From assembly GCF_000025125.1 (NCBI RefSeq), contig NC_013771.1:1050001-1082000 (forward strand): a stretch of 32,000 nt of DNA. Reading direction: 5' to 3'. This document shows positions 1 to 9,961 of the stretch, piece after piece. A program made the position numbers and the translations under genes. The first letter of the stretch is position 1, and the number at the start of each line of letters is the position of its first letter. The notes under the pieces were generated by a model, which searched no databases, was not told the DNA's origin, and was given only the letters and a program-made list of their open reading frames with translations. The stretch is from Candidatus Atelocyanobacterium thalassa isolate ALOHA. Its GTDB lineage: Bacteria; Cyanobacteriota; Cyanobacteriia; Cyanobacteriales; Microcystaceae.

Positions 1-936
1 GGACTGTCTAGAAATCATCTTTCTCTTCAACTAGCCGGAGATTGGCTGCTAAGCAAACAATGTTTGGACTATGGAGACTGGGCTGTTAAAAATAAGCTTG
101 GAAAGCCCGGAGGATGGGCTTTTGAATTCACTAATCGTTTTTATCCTGATATTGATGATTCAGCAGCCGTAGTAATGGCTCTTGAAGGAATTAATTTGGT
201 AAACGAACAACAAAAAGAAGCAGCTATCAGCCGTTGTCTTCAGTGGATAGAAACAATGCAGTCTAAAACTGGAGGATGGGCAGCTTTCGACATAGATAAT
301 AACCAGTCTTGGTTGAATGAAGTTCCTTATGGAGATCTCAAAGCAATGATTGATCCAAATAGTGCTGATATAACTGCAAGAGTATTAGAAATGTTAGGTT
401 CATGTAATTTGAAAATTTCTGATAAACGTATTACAAAAGCCCTCAATTATTTGTATAGTGAACAAGAAAAAGATGGAAGTTGGTTTGGCAGATGGGGTGT
501 TAATTATATCTATGGAACTAGTGGAGTATTGTCTGCATTAGCAGTTCTTAATTCTGATGAAAATCATTCACAGTTAAGTAAAGGAGTAAATTGGCTATTA
601 AGCTGCCAAAATGAAGATGGTGGATGGGGAGAAACTTGTTTCAGTTATGATAATCCTAATTTAAAAGGAAAAGGTATAAGTACTGCTTCTCAGACTGCTT
701 GGTCTTTAATTGGTCTATTAGATGCTGGGAAAGCTTTAAATAGTTTTGCTACTAATCATATTGATCGAGGTATAGAATATTTGTTAAATACCCAGACTAA
801 TTCAGGAACATGGGAAGAAGAAGAATTTACTGGAACTGGATTTCCTTCTCATTTCTATATACGATATCGTTTATACTGCATTTATTTCCCTTTAATCGCT
901 TTAGGACGTTATAAACAGTTCAAGCATTTATTTTAA
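1..936 (+). CDS. shc: squalene-hopene cyclase, C-terminal part (5' end lies upstream of the window)
   Basis: Frame 1 is open from base 1 (GLSRNHLSLQLAGDWLLSKQCLDYGDWAVKN...), so the TTG at 64 is not the true start. It has the DxDD motif (YPDIDDSAAVVMAL) and repeated QW motifs (EQEKDGSWFGRWGVNYIYGT, QNEDGGWGE) typical of class II triterpene cyclases. Confidence 0.9.
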   Translation, partial: GLSRNHLSLQLAGDWLLSKQCLDYGDWAVKNKLGKPGGWAFEFTNRFYPDIDDSAAVVMALEGINLVNEQQKEAAISRCLQWIETMQSKTGGWAAFDIDNNQSWLNEVPYGDLKAMIDPNSADITARVLEMLGSCNLKISDKRITKALNYLYSEQEKDGSWFGRWGVNYIYGTSGVLSALAVLNSDENHSQLSKGVNWLLSCQNEDGGWGETCFSYDNPNLKGKGISTASQTAWSLIGLLDAGKALNSFATNHIDRGIEYLLNTQTNSGTWEEEEFTGTGFPSHFYIRYRLYCIYFPLIALGRYKQFKHLF

Positions 937-1037
937 GTATTGTTTAAGAGACTTTTTAATAATTTTAATTTTGACAAGAGAGCAACTTAATTTATTAATC
1001 AAAATATATGAGAGAAGTCTAATAAAACATTACATAG

Positions 1038-1487
1038 TTATATTCTATTTTTGTTTTTCTTTAATGCATAATTTTTAAATCTTTTTAAATCTTCCAAAAT
1101 GGTAGATTCAACTATTTGACCTAAAAATAAGTTATCCATTAATTTACCTAACCATCCTGGAATACTATAAGCAATAGTAAGTCTAACAATGCTACTACCT
1201 TGTCTATCATAAAATCTAATAGCTCCTCGGTTAGGTAATCCATTTACTGATTCCCATTGTATAATTTGGTTAGGTACTACTTTTAAAATTTTTGATATCC
1301 AGGTAAACTGAAATCCCCCACTAACCAACTTCCAACGTGACAAGTTAGGGTCGTCATCCAAAATTTCAACAGAATCAATCCATTTCATCCATTTAGGCAT
1401 TTCCTTTAAGTCTGACCATAATTCCCATACTTGTTCGATAGGAATTTCTACTTCAATTTGTACGCTATGTTCTAACCAATTAGACAT
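1038..1487 (-). CDS. SRPBCC (START/polyketide cyclase-dehydrase-like) family protein
   Basis: MSNWLEHSVQIEVEIPIEQVWELWSDLKEMPKWMKWI... resembles the cyanobacterial cyclase/dehydrase SRPBCC fold family. The ORF is open up to 1559, but the internal ATG at 1487 gives the conserved N-terminus. Confidence 0.6.
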   Translation of the reverse strand: MSNWLEHSVQIEVEIPIEQVWELWSDLKEMPKWMKWIDSVEILDDDPNLSRWKLVSGGFQFTWISKILKVVPNQIIQWESVNGLPNRGAIRFYDRQGSSIVRLTIAYSIPGWLGKLMDNLFLGQIVESTILEDLKRFKNYALKKNKNRI

Positions 1488-1794
1488 ATTTAAATTATTA
1501 ATTGTTGATGTATTACCCTGTCTTAAATTTATACATAAAAGATTCTTATATTTTAACATTTTTAAAATTTAACCCTTAGTATCTACCAAAAAGACGATAT
1601 TTTATAGCCTAATATTATAGTTGTCTTATTACTTAATAAATATTTTTACTAATTTTATATTGACAACTAAAGCTTTGATATTAGATCTTTACTCACTTAT
1701 TTTTAAATAGTTTAGAAAAAGGATTGGTTGTTAATAGCAACAACTTTTTTTTAAAAATTATATGTCCTAAGCCACAAAAATAGTTATTTCTAGG

Positions 1795-2985
1795 CTATTT
1801 TTGTAGTGAACAAATTTTATTACTAATTATTTCTCCAGCAATTTGATGTCCGAAATGATTCCAATGTCCATTCCCTAATTTAGTATTATTAAAACCATGC
1901 AAAAAAACTTTATTTTTATCAGCATAAGTCTGTAAAAGTGGGGCCAAGGCTAAAACTTTAAAATCTTTTATTCGTGACAATTTATAAATACGTTGATCAG
2001 GATAAAACTGATCATATATTGTGTAATCTTTAAAATATTTCTTTCTAACTAAAAAGTTGGGATAAACTTGAATAGGATTACTTAATGTCACTACCAAATA
2101 GTCGCTATTAAGCATATAACTTTCTTGCTGTATTAGCTTAATTGATTCATCTGTTAAATTCCATTCTTTTTGCCATATTGCAGAAGATTTTTTATATAAA
2201 TCTGATATAAATTCAAGATTATGTAACTTATCCTCATCTTTCATCATTTCACTAGATATAGTCTCAGAATGCTGCTTATTTATAAGAACTCTAGTTTGAT
2301 TGATTAACTGTAAAACATGAGATTTATTTACTAAAGCAAATAATTTTTTTCTGACAAAACTATTACGCCATTGATAAGTTTTAGTTTTTCTAAACGACAT
2401 ATCAAAATTATACTTATTATCTTTTAAACTCAAAAATGGACTAAATCTATCCTCGGGACTTAAAACCTTTGAATTATTAATAACATCATTATCAGTAAAA
2501 ACCGTTAACAAAACCAGGTCAGGATGAAACTGACTAGCATAATATTTTAGTGTTGTATACTCTTGTGCAGTACCATAATCACCAACACCAAAATTTACTA
2601 CCTCAATATTTTTGTTATCTAATTTTTGGCATTTAGATAATTTTTGTTCTACTAGCGACCAAAAAGTTTTATCTTTATCAAGCTGTATAGCTTCAGCAAA
2701 TGAATCACCAATGACTACAACTCTAAAAGTATCTTTAATTTTCTTTTTTGTATAATTTTTATCTCTTAGTCCGATTTTATTGATTGATATTGATGCACTT
2801 CCTTCATGTTTCCATATTCCGAACATATGTTGTATGAGAGAATGTCCTCGATGAGAATCAACTTTATAAAAACTGGGATAAGAAATATTTAATATTTTTA
2901 AGCCAATCTCTCCAATAAATAAAGTGAAGGTTAAGCTACTAAAAATCAATATAAGATTATTTATAATTTTACTTCGTTTTGACAT
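1795..2985 (-). CDS. membrane-anchored SGNH/GDSL-family hydrolase
   Basis: It has an N-terminal TM helix (IINNLILIFSSLTFTLFIGEI), block I VVVIGDSFAE, block III-like FTDNDV and a C-terminal GHWNHFGH. It starts 29 bp downstream of the ABC ATPase gene on the same strand. Confidence 0.6.
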   Translation of the reverse strand: MSKRSKIINNLILIFSSLTFTLFIGEIGLKILNISYPSFYKVDSHRGHSLIQHMFGIWKHEGSASISINKIGLRDKNYTKKKIKDTFRVVVIGDSFAEAIQLDKDKTFWSLVEQKLSKCQKLDNKNIEVVNFGVGDYGTAQEYTTLKYYASQFHPDLVLLTVFTDNDVINNSKVLSPEDRFSPFLSLKDNKYNFDMSFRKTKTYQWRNSFVRKKLFALVNKSHVLQLINQTRVLINKQHSETISSEMMKDEDKLHNLEFISDLYKKSSAIWQKEWNLTDESIKLIQQESYMLNSDYLVVTLSNPIQVYPNFLVRKKYFKDYTIYDQFYPDQRIYKLSRIKDFKVLALAPLLQTYADKNKVFLHGFNNTKLGNGHWNHFGHQIAGEIISNKICSLQK

Positions 2986-3014
2986 GTTTAGTTATTTCCT
3001 ATTAAGAACCACTT

Positions 3015-4205
3015 TTATCTCAGCAAGGATTCTTCTGTTTCGGAATCGAATATATGAATCGCTTTTTCATTTATTGATAGCCATAGTGTGTCTCCTGTCT
3101 TAATTAAATTATTCCCTATATATTTAATTATGATTTTAATAGGAATATCACTTAATGTTTCAGTAAACAAGTGCATTTCGTTCCCCATATTTTCCACCAG
3201 AGTAACTTTTACTTGTAAATTATTTATGCTGGGAACGCTTAAAGTAATATGTTCAGGTCTAAATCCTAATATAGCTAATTTTTTGTTATGTCCTTTTAAA
3301 TATATTCTCCGTACAGCAGGAATGGATAAACTAAATTTATCGTAAAAAATTGTTGAGCAATCTTCTATTGTTACTGGTAAAAAATTCATTGGTAGAGATC
3401 CAATAAAGCTTCCAACAAAACAATTAATAGGATTATTATATAGTTCCAGAGGAGATGCAACCTGTTGAATCTTTCCTTGATTCATAACAGCAATGCGATC
3501 ACCCATTGTCATTGCTTCAGTTTGATCATGAGTAACATATATGGTTGTAATCTTTAATTGATTTTGTAGTTTAACAATTTGAGAACGAGTCTCTGTTCTT
3601 AAAATTACATCTAAGTTCGACATTGGCTCGTCCATTAAAAAAACTTTGGGATTTCTGGCGATTGCTCTTCCTAGAGCTACTCTTTGTCTTTGTCCTCCTG
3701 AAAGCTGCTTTGGTAACCTATGCAAAAGATTATCTAACTGTAATAGCTTACTAACTTGTTTTATCTTTTGATTGATATCTACTTCTAGAGCTGAATTATA
3801 TCTGAATCTTTTAGGTAATAACTGGATTATATTATTTACAATTTTATCTATTTTTTTCTCCACCTTATTGATGCGACGTAATCCGAAAGCGATATTATCG
3901 TAAACATTAAGATGAGGATATAAAGCATAATTTTGAAAAACCATAGCTATATCACGCTGTTTAGGAAGAAGAGAGCCCACATTTTTTTCTCCTATTAAAA
4001 CTTCTCCTGATGTAATAGTCTCTAAACCTGCTATGAGTCTAAGTAAAGTGCTTTTTCCACATCCTGATGGCCCTACTAGAACCATAAACTCCCCATCGTT
4101 AACATTTAAATTAATGTTTTGTAAAATTTTAACTTCAAAATCTTTTGATTTGTTTCTTTGACGGAAGAAACTTTTATTAATGTCTTTGAGGATAACCTTA
4201 GCCAC
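3015..4205 (-). CDS. ABC transporter ATP-binding protein, MalK/UgpC/MsmX-like (sugar-type ATPase with C-terminal regulatory domain)
   Basis: Carries Walker A GPSGCGKST, signature LSGGQRQRV, Walker B FLMDEPMSNLD and H-loop YVTHDQ, plus a C-terminal extension of about 150 aa. No permease or binding-protein gene is adjacent. Confidence 0.85.
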   Translation of the reverse strand: MAKVILKDINKSFFRQRNKSKDFEVKILQNINLNVNDGEFMVLVGPSGCGKSTLLRLIAGLETITSGEVLIGEKNVGSLLPKQRDIAMVFQNYALYPHLNVYDNIAFGLRRINKVEKKIDKIVNNIIQLLPKRFRYNSALEVDINQKIKQVSKLLQLDNLLHRLPKQLSGGQRQRVALGRAIARNPKVFLMDEPMSNLDVILRTETRSQIVKLQNQLKITTIYVTHDQTEAMTMGDRIAVMNQGKIQQVASPLELYNNPINCFVGSFIGSLPMNFLPVTIEDCSTIFYDKFSLSIPAVRRIYLKGHNKKLAILGFRPEHITLSVPSINNLQVKVTLVENMGNEMHLFTETLSDIPIKIIIKYIGNNLIKTGDTLWLSINEKAIHIFDSETEESLLR

Positions 4206-4956
4206 TGTAATAAATTAGAAATAATAAATACTATATAAATAAAGCAGTCAAAACAAAATATATTAGATTATGTATAAAAATATTTTATGAAGTTAATCAA
4301 TAAATATAATAATTGTGCATAAAAGACGAAAGCTAATAAATTTTTACATAACTATACGATGCATTGTAATATCACTTTAACAGTAATACTTTAAATATTG
4401 ATAAATAGCAAGAAAATGATATTTTAATGAAAAAATATTAAATATGGAAGCATAATAAGTCTTTAGTACTATGTATTGACTTCCCATGTAGGATTTTAAA
4501 TATAGCAAAGTACTTATTTTTTATATTTAGAATATTAGAGGATTATCCTTCAAAGTATATTTGATAATTTAGTTTTGAAAAAGTTTAATTATTTGTTCAT
4601 TATAAGCCTATAATACGGATTAATATATTATTCTTGATTATTAGAAGTTAAAGGTTTTAACCTATTTCTAGGAAGATTTAATGTAAATTGATTTTATAAA
4701 GCTTATTTTTACCAATACCTAAAAAGTTCTTGATTTAATATATTGATTCTTTTTTTTTAATTATATAAGTGTCTTATTTATTGAATAATTTAAATATTAT
4801 TCTGAATCTTAAGCATTTAAAATTAGAACGTTTCCCACATAAACTTCTTTTATATATTGAATAAAACTTTATAATTTATTTGATAAGATAATTTTTGTCT
4901 TATTTTTTAAATCAGAAAATTGATATCACAGATAATAAGTAAAATTTACAGTAATT

Positions 4957-5832
4957 ATGGATCTATTGCGATCATTACCTATTGGACTTTATCTTGAAAA
5001 GCCCCTCACATGGCTACATTTACTTGATTCTAGAGTTAAGTTGATTTGGTTAATGTCTTTATTGCTTGCGAATAGATCATCTAGCCCAGAATGGCTGTTA
5101 GTTCTTGTAGGTTTTCTTGTAGTCTTGACTGTAGTTGTTAATATTCCTCTAAGAGTTTGGAAACAACAAATGGGATGGCTTTTAATTATTAGTTTTTTAG
5201 TATTTTTAATCATAGCTTTATCACCTGATGGATTAGCAATTTCTTCTCAACCTAGACTTCCAATAAATAATATATTAATACCAGGATCAAATTCTTATAA
5301 TTATGTATTGCTCGATAAAGGAATTTTTCTCGTTACTCGTAGATCTTTAGAATTAGGAATAAGAATAGGTACTCATATTTTTGTAGCAGTTTATAGTGCC
5401 AATTTATATTTAGCGACTACTACTCCTGAGGCTATAACTGAAGGATTAGATTATTTATTGTCACCTTTAAGATTCTTTAAAGTTCCAATAACTGAAATTT
5501 TATTAATTTTCACTTTATCTTTACGTTTTATTTCCTTAGTCTTGGAAGAAATACAAAATCTTACTCGTTCTATTAAAACTAGAGCTATTAATTGGAAAAA
5601 ATTAGGAATTAAAAAAAGCTTTCAAGTATGGATAGTAGTAATAGAAAAAATACTAGAAAATTTATTAACTAGAGCTAATGAAATTGCGACTACAATGGAA
5701 ATTAGAGGTTTCATTAGTCCAAATAAACATAGAGTAAAATGGCATAAACTTTACTTAGTTAAAGGAGATTGGATCGCATTGTTTTTATTATTTCCTTTCT
5801 GGTACTTACGTTTTGTTTGGGGAGGAGTATAA
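4957..5832 (+). CDS. ecfT: energy-coupling-factor transporter transmembrane component (EcfT/CbiQ family)
   Basis: Multi-TM protein with CbiQ/EcfT-like organisation and the conserved C-terminal region ...SIKTRAINW...ANEIATTMEIRGF. Confidence 0.7.
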   Translation: MDLLRSLPIGLYLEKPLTWLHLLDSRVKLIWLMSLLLANRSSSPEWLLVLVGFLVVLTVVVNIPLRVWKQQMGWLLIISFLVFLIIALSPDGLAISSQPRLPINNILIPGSNSYNYVLLDKGIFLVTRRSLELGIRIGTHIFVAVYSANLYLATTTPEAITEGLDYLLSPLRFFKVPITEILLIFTLSLRFISLVLEEIQNLTRSIKTRAINWKKLGIKKSFQVWIVVIEKILENLLTRANEIATTMEIRGFISPNKHRVKWHKLYLVKGDWIALFLLFPFWYLRFVWGGV

Positions 5833-5849
5833 GATAAATATTTACGCAA

Positions 5850-6755
5850 TTAAGAGAGAAACATATCTATAAGGATAAATGAACCAAACCCTAAACGGTA
5901 CCATACAAATATCCAAGTACTTTGTTTTTGCAGATAATTTATTAGCCAAGCAATGGATAAGTAAGAAAAAAAAATAGAAGAGAGTATTGCTGTAAATAGA
6001 GGTAGTATCGTTTCCTGAGAAAATCCGGTATTAAAAATCTCAATTAATTCATACAACCCTACTATCGTTATCGCAGGAATACCTAGCAAAAAAGAAAATC
6101 GTGCTGCTGTTTCTCGATTCAAATTTAGAAATAATCCTAAAGTAATTGTTGAGCCTGACCGAGAAACTCCAGGAATTATAGCCAAAGATTGAATAGTACC
6201 CATCAGAAATGCATCTTGCCATTTTAATTTATCAAAGGTACGCTCATATTTACCAACTTTTTCCGCCAATGCTAGCAATAAAGACATAATAATAGAAGAA
6301 GCTGCAACCATTTCACTACTACGTAAAATAGAGTTATCCATATCAGTCATAAAAGTTTTTGTTAAATATCCAATTAAAAGGAAAGGTAATGTACCCATAA
6401 AAATACCAAATCCCATGCGAAGATCATGAGATTCTAAATCATGATCCTTAATTGCTATAAATGTACCCATAATAATCTTTTTCAAATCTGACCAAAAATA
6501 CCATACAACTGAAATAATACTTCCTAACTGAATTACGGCAGAAAAATTTACTCCTGGATCTCCCCAACCTAAATAAGAAGGGATAATTTGTAAGTGAGCT
6601 GTGCTACTAATAGGTAAAAATTCTGTCAATCCTTGTATCATGCCCAAAATAATAATTTGAAAATAGTTAAAACTCTCAATTGTTGAAGATGGATTTTCTA
6701 ATGTTATGTTTTGATTTGTTGATACCTGAGAAAATATTAGAGCGAGAAAAAACAT
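5850..6755 (-). CDS. uppP: undecaprenyl-diphosphate phosphatase
   Basis: Both BacA/UppP signature motifs are present: TEFLPISSTAHL and PGVSRSGSTI. The protein is polytopic. Confidence 0.9.
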   Translation of the reverse strand: MFFLALIFSQVSTNQNITLENPSSTIESFNYFQIIILGMIQGLTEFLPISSTAHLQIIPSYLGWGDPGVNFSAVIQLGSIISVVWYFWSDLKKIIMGTFIAIKDHDLESHDLRMGFGIFMGTLPFLLIGYLTKTFMTDMDNSILRSSEMVAASSIIMSLLLALAEKVGKYERTFDKLKWQDAFLMGTIQSLAIIPGVSRSGSTITLGLFLNLNRETAARFSFLLGIPAITIVGLYELIEIFNTGFSQETILPLFTAILSSIFFSYLSIAWLINYLQKQSTWIFVWYRLGFGSFILIDMFLS

Positions 6756-7251
6756 AATTTATTGAACCAAAAATAAAAGATTTAAGCTATTTAAAGTTAG
6801 CTTATAGGCTAGCATTTTTAGTATATACTTCCAAGCATTTTATGTTTTGACAAACTGAAAAAATTTAAGCCATAGCAGAATACAGAAATATGCATAGTTA
6901 AAACTTAAAAGTAGAAATTTTCAAGATATAAGTTTTAACACTAATAGTATTATGATTTAGTAAGTACTTATGATATGAGTATGTATGAAATGTCAATGAG
7001 ATAGAATTAATGATTAGGTATTTTGTAGTCAAAAAGCTACAATTCTAATGGTTAGATATCAAAAAGACTGCTATGGGACAATTATTTAATTAATTGTATT
7101 AAAGAATTATTACTAAGATTATTTTTAGGTTTTACTTCAGTAAAAGAAAATAGTATTAACATATAAAAGATGAAAATTAATAGTTAAATTTTTTCTGTCT
7201 TTAACTCCATTAGAATATATTAGAGCCAATCTTGACTTTGAGGAAATTTTT

Positions 7252-8703
7252 GTGACAGTAAGAGTTCGTATCGCTCCTAGTCCTACCGGAACTTTACATA
7301 TTGGTACTGCTAGGACAGCTATTTTTAATTGGTTATTTGCAAGTCGATACAAAGGTAAATTTATTTTACGTATCGAGGATACAGATGAGCAACGTTCTAA
7401 GCCTGAATTTGTTGAAGATATAAAATCAGGTTTGGCTTGGTTAGGTTTGATTTGGGATGAAGGACCTTTTTTCCAAACTCAACGATTAAGTTCTTATCAT
7501 AAAGCTATTCAACAGTTACTTGACCAAGGTCTTGCATACCGATGCTACTGTACTTCGGAAGAGTTGGAGAATATGAAAGAAATACAAAAATCTAACAATC
7601 AAGCACCTAAATATGATAATCGTCATCGTTATCTAACAGCGGAACAAAGAGAAGCCTTTGAAGCAGAAGGAAGAAAGGCCGTCATTAGATTCATAATAAA
7701 TGAAGAACAAGAAATTCGTTGGAATGATTTGATTAGGGGGCATATGATATGGAAAGGTACTGATCTTGGTGGAGATATGGTAATTGCCCGCGTTAAAGAA
7801 AGTTCAGATCAGCTGTTTGGACAACCTCTTTATAATCTTGCTGTAGTGGTAGATGATATTGATATGAATATCAGCCATGTAATTCGTGGAGAAGATCACA
7901 TAGCAAACACAGCCAAACAAATTTTATTGTATGAAGCATTAGGCAAAACAATTCCTTATTTTGCACATACACCTTTAATCTTAAATAAAGAAGGCCGTAA
8001 ACTTTCAAAAAGAGATGGAGTTACTTCTATTAATGACTTCCAAAAAATGGGATTTTTATCAGAGGCCCTTGTTAATTACATGAGTCTTTTAGGATGGACT
8101 TTATCTGATAGCACCCAAGAGATTTTTTCATTAAAGGAAATTGCAGAAAGTTTTGACTTAGAACGTGTTAACAAAGCAGGTGCTAAATTTGATTGGGACA
8201 AACTAGATTGGGTTAATAGTCAATACCTTCACAAGATGCCAGTACAACAATTATTAGATTTACTAATACCATATTGGAAAGAAGCTAATTATCCTATTGA
8301 TATAAATCTTGATCTTCAATGGCTGGAACGTATAACTATTTTAATTCAACCTAGCTTAGTTCGTTTGAATGATGTTATAAGAGAGAGCTCTTTTTTCTTT
8401 GGTGAAAATATAAATTATAGCAATGAAGCTCTACTACATATGGAGCAAGATAATGCTATGGATATTATTCAATTAGCTCTAGCGAAAATTGAAAAATATC
8501 CTATATTAAATGAAGATGAAATTAAAGAAATAATTAGTGAAATTGTTAAAACACTTAAAGTTAAAAAAGGATTAGTAATGCGCTCTCTTAGGGCAGGATT
8601 GTCTGGAAAATTGAATGGTCCAGACTTAATTGAATCTTGGAGTATATTAAACATAAAAGGATGGGATAAAAGTCGTTTGAAGAATTTATTGAGTATGTTA
8701 TGA
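7252..8703 (+). CDS. gltX: glutamate--tRNA ligase
   Basis: GTG start. Class I HIGH region [14 protein letters not shown] and KMSKS-type KLSKR are present, with full-length similarity to bacterial GluRS. Confidence 0.95.
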   Translation: MTVRVRIAPSPTGTLHIGTARTAIFNWLFASRYKGKFILRIEDTDEQRSKPEFVEDIKSGLAWLGLIWDEGPFFQTQRLSSYHKAIQQLLDQGLAYRCYCTSEELENMKEIQKSNNQAPKYDNRHRYLTAEQREAFEAEGRKAVIRFIINEEQEIRWNDLIRGHMIWKGTDLGGDMVIARVKESSDQLFGQPLYNLAVVVDDIDMNISHVIRGEDHIANTAKQILLYEALGKTIPYFAHTPLILNKEGRKLSKRDGVTSINDFQKMGFLSEALVNYMSLLGWTLSDSTQEIFSLKEIAESFDLERVNKAGAKFDWDKLDWVNSQYLHKMPVQQLLDLLIPYWKEANYPIDINLDLQWLERITILIQPSLVRLNDVIRESSFFFGENINYSNEALLHMEQDNAMDIIQLALAKIEKYPILNEDEIKEIISEIVKTLKVKKGLVMRSLRAGLSGKLNGPDLIESWSILNIKGWDKSRLKNLLSML

Positions 8704-8704
8704 G

Positions 8705-8747
8705 GCTGAAAGACATAAGTATATTTAATATACTTATGTCTTTCAGC
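8705..8747. terminator. perfect 19-bp stem hairpin between convergent gltX and ABC ATPase genes (possible bidirectional terminator)
   Basis: GCTGAAAGACATAAGTATA (8705-8723) / TATACTTATGTCTTTCAGC (8729-8747) with a 5-nt loop, starting 2 nt after the gltX stop. There is no U-tract on either side. Confidence 0.5.
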
Positions 8748-8837
8748 ATGCTACTAGTATTCTCTAAAGTAAAAATAACTAGGCTACATACACATAGTGA
8801 ATTAAAAGTTTTTTAGCTTTATTGACTTAGATGATTA

Positions 8838-9500
8838 TTACTTAATTTTCCCTTGCTCTAATTTCAAAATATATTTGGAAAAACTTTTCACAACTTCTAA
8901 ATCATGACTAACTATGACGATAGCAGTTTGTGTGTATTGTGTAATATTAGTAAGTAATTTTATTATCTGATTAGCTTTAAGACTATCCAGTGAAGAAGTA
9001 GGTTCATCTAAAAGTAGTATTTTAGGTTCAATAATTAAACCTCTAGTAATTCCAATTATTTGCCGTTGTCCTAAAGAAAGTTCTGACTCATAACGTTCTA
9101 ACCATTGATTTGGAATAGATAATCTAGACTTCCATTTTTGAAGTCTTTGATTTATCTCAGCTTTTGAAATATTTTGAAGCTTTAGTGCATAAGATAAAGC
9201 TTCATTAACGCTCATTCCCAGTAGCTTAGGTTCTTGCGGTACTAAAACTATTTGCTGCCGCAAATCAATAATAGGAATTTTTTCTAATGGTTGAGAACAA
9301 AAAAGAATTTTTCCAGTACTTGGTTCCTGTAAACGATTAATTAAACGTAATAATGTCGTTTTTCCGGATCCAGATGGGCCTATTAATACTAAACGTTCCC
9401 CAGTAATAAGGTTAAATGAAATTTCTTTTAAAAGTTGACTTTTTGAAAGAGGATCAGTTAACCCAACATTAGATAATTGTAATAAAAATTGTTTGGACAT
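8838..9500 (-). CDS. ABC transporter ATP-binding protein (small, stand-alone, YbbL/FetA-like size class)
   Basis: Carries Walker A GPSGSGKTT, signature variant LSLGQRQ, Walker B LLLDEPTSSLD and H-loop VSHD. No permease gene is adjacent. Confidence 0.8.
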   Translation of the reverse strand: MSKQFLLQLSNVGLTDPLSKSQLLKEISFNLITGERLVLIGPSGSGKTTLLRLINRLQEPSTGKILFCSQPLEKIPIIDLRQQIVLVPQEPKLLGMSVNEALSYALKLQNISKAEINQRLQKWKSRLSIPNQWLERYESELSLGQRQIIGITRGLIIEPKILLLDEPTSSLDSLKANQIIKLLTNITQYTQTAIVIVSHDLEVVKSFSKYILKLEQGKIK

Positions 9501-9961
9501 TTATGACTGTATTTTAAATATCTTAAACTACATATAATTTTTTATATGACACAGATTATGTACTATTCAACCGCCCCAACACTGTCTATGATGTTAGATT
9601 TTTATATTAAAACTTTTAGCATACCAGTCATATGAATTTTAATAGTAAGTTCCTATTTTTAACAGCTAATGAATATATTAGACATAAAATAAAAATTTAA
9701 CATTGACCTCTCGGCTTGATCTAATAATAAGATATCTTAAAACGACATTTATCAAGATTTTCAAAATATTAACTCTAATTAAAAGTAAAAATAACTTTTC
9801 CAAAAAACTATGTTATGAAATTTTGATAAAAAACAACACTGATAAAAAGCGCAAACCCATATATGAGAAGCATATAAGTTTTTACTCAATAATATTTGTT
9901 TTTAATTCTGTAATATAACTTTATATAATATAAGTGAACAAACGTCACACTTAACAAAGCC

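Noticed and set aside
7137-7352. 71-aa minus-strand ORF overlapping the gltX start, and the 71-aa ORF at 9703-9918 upstream of ndhD.
   Set aside because: Their translations are AT-driven and low-complexity (Ile/Lys/Asn-rich). There is no recognisable family or ribosome-binding site, and they overlap or abut real gene starts.
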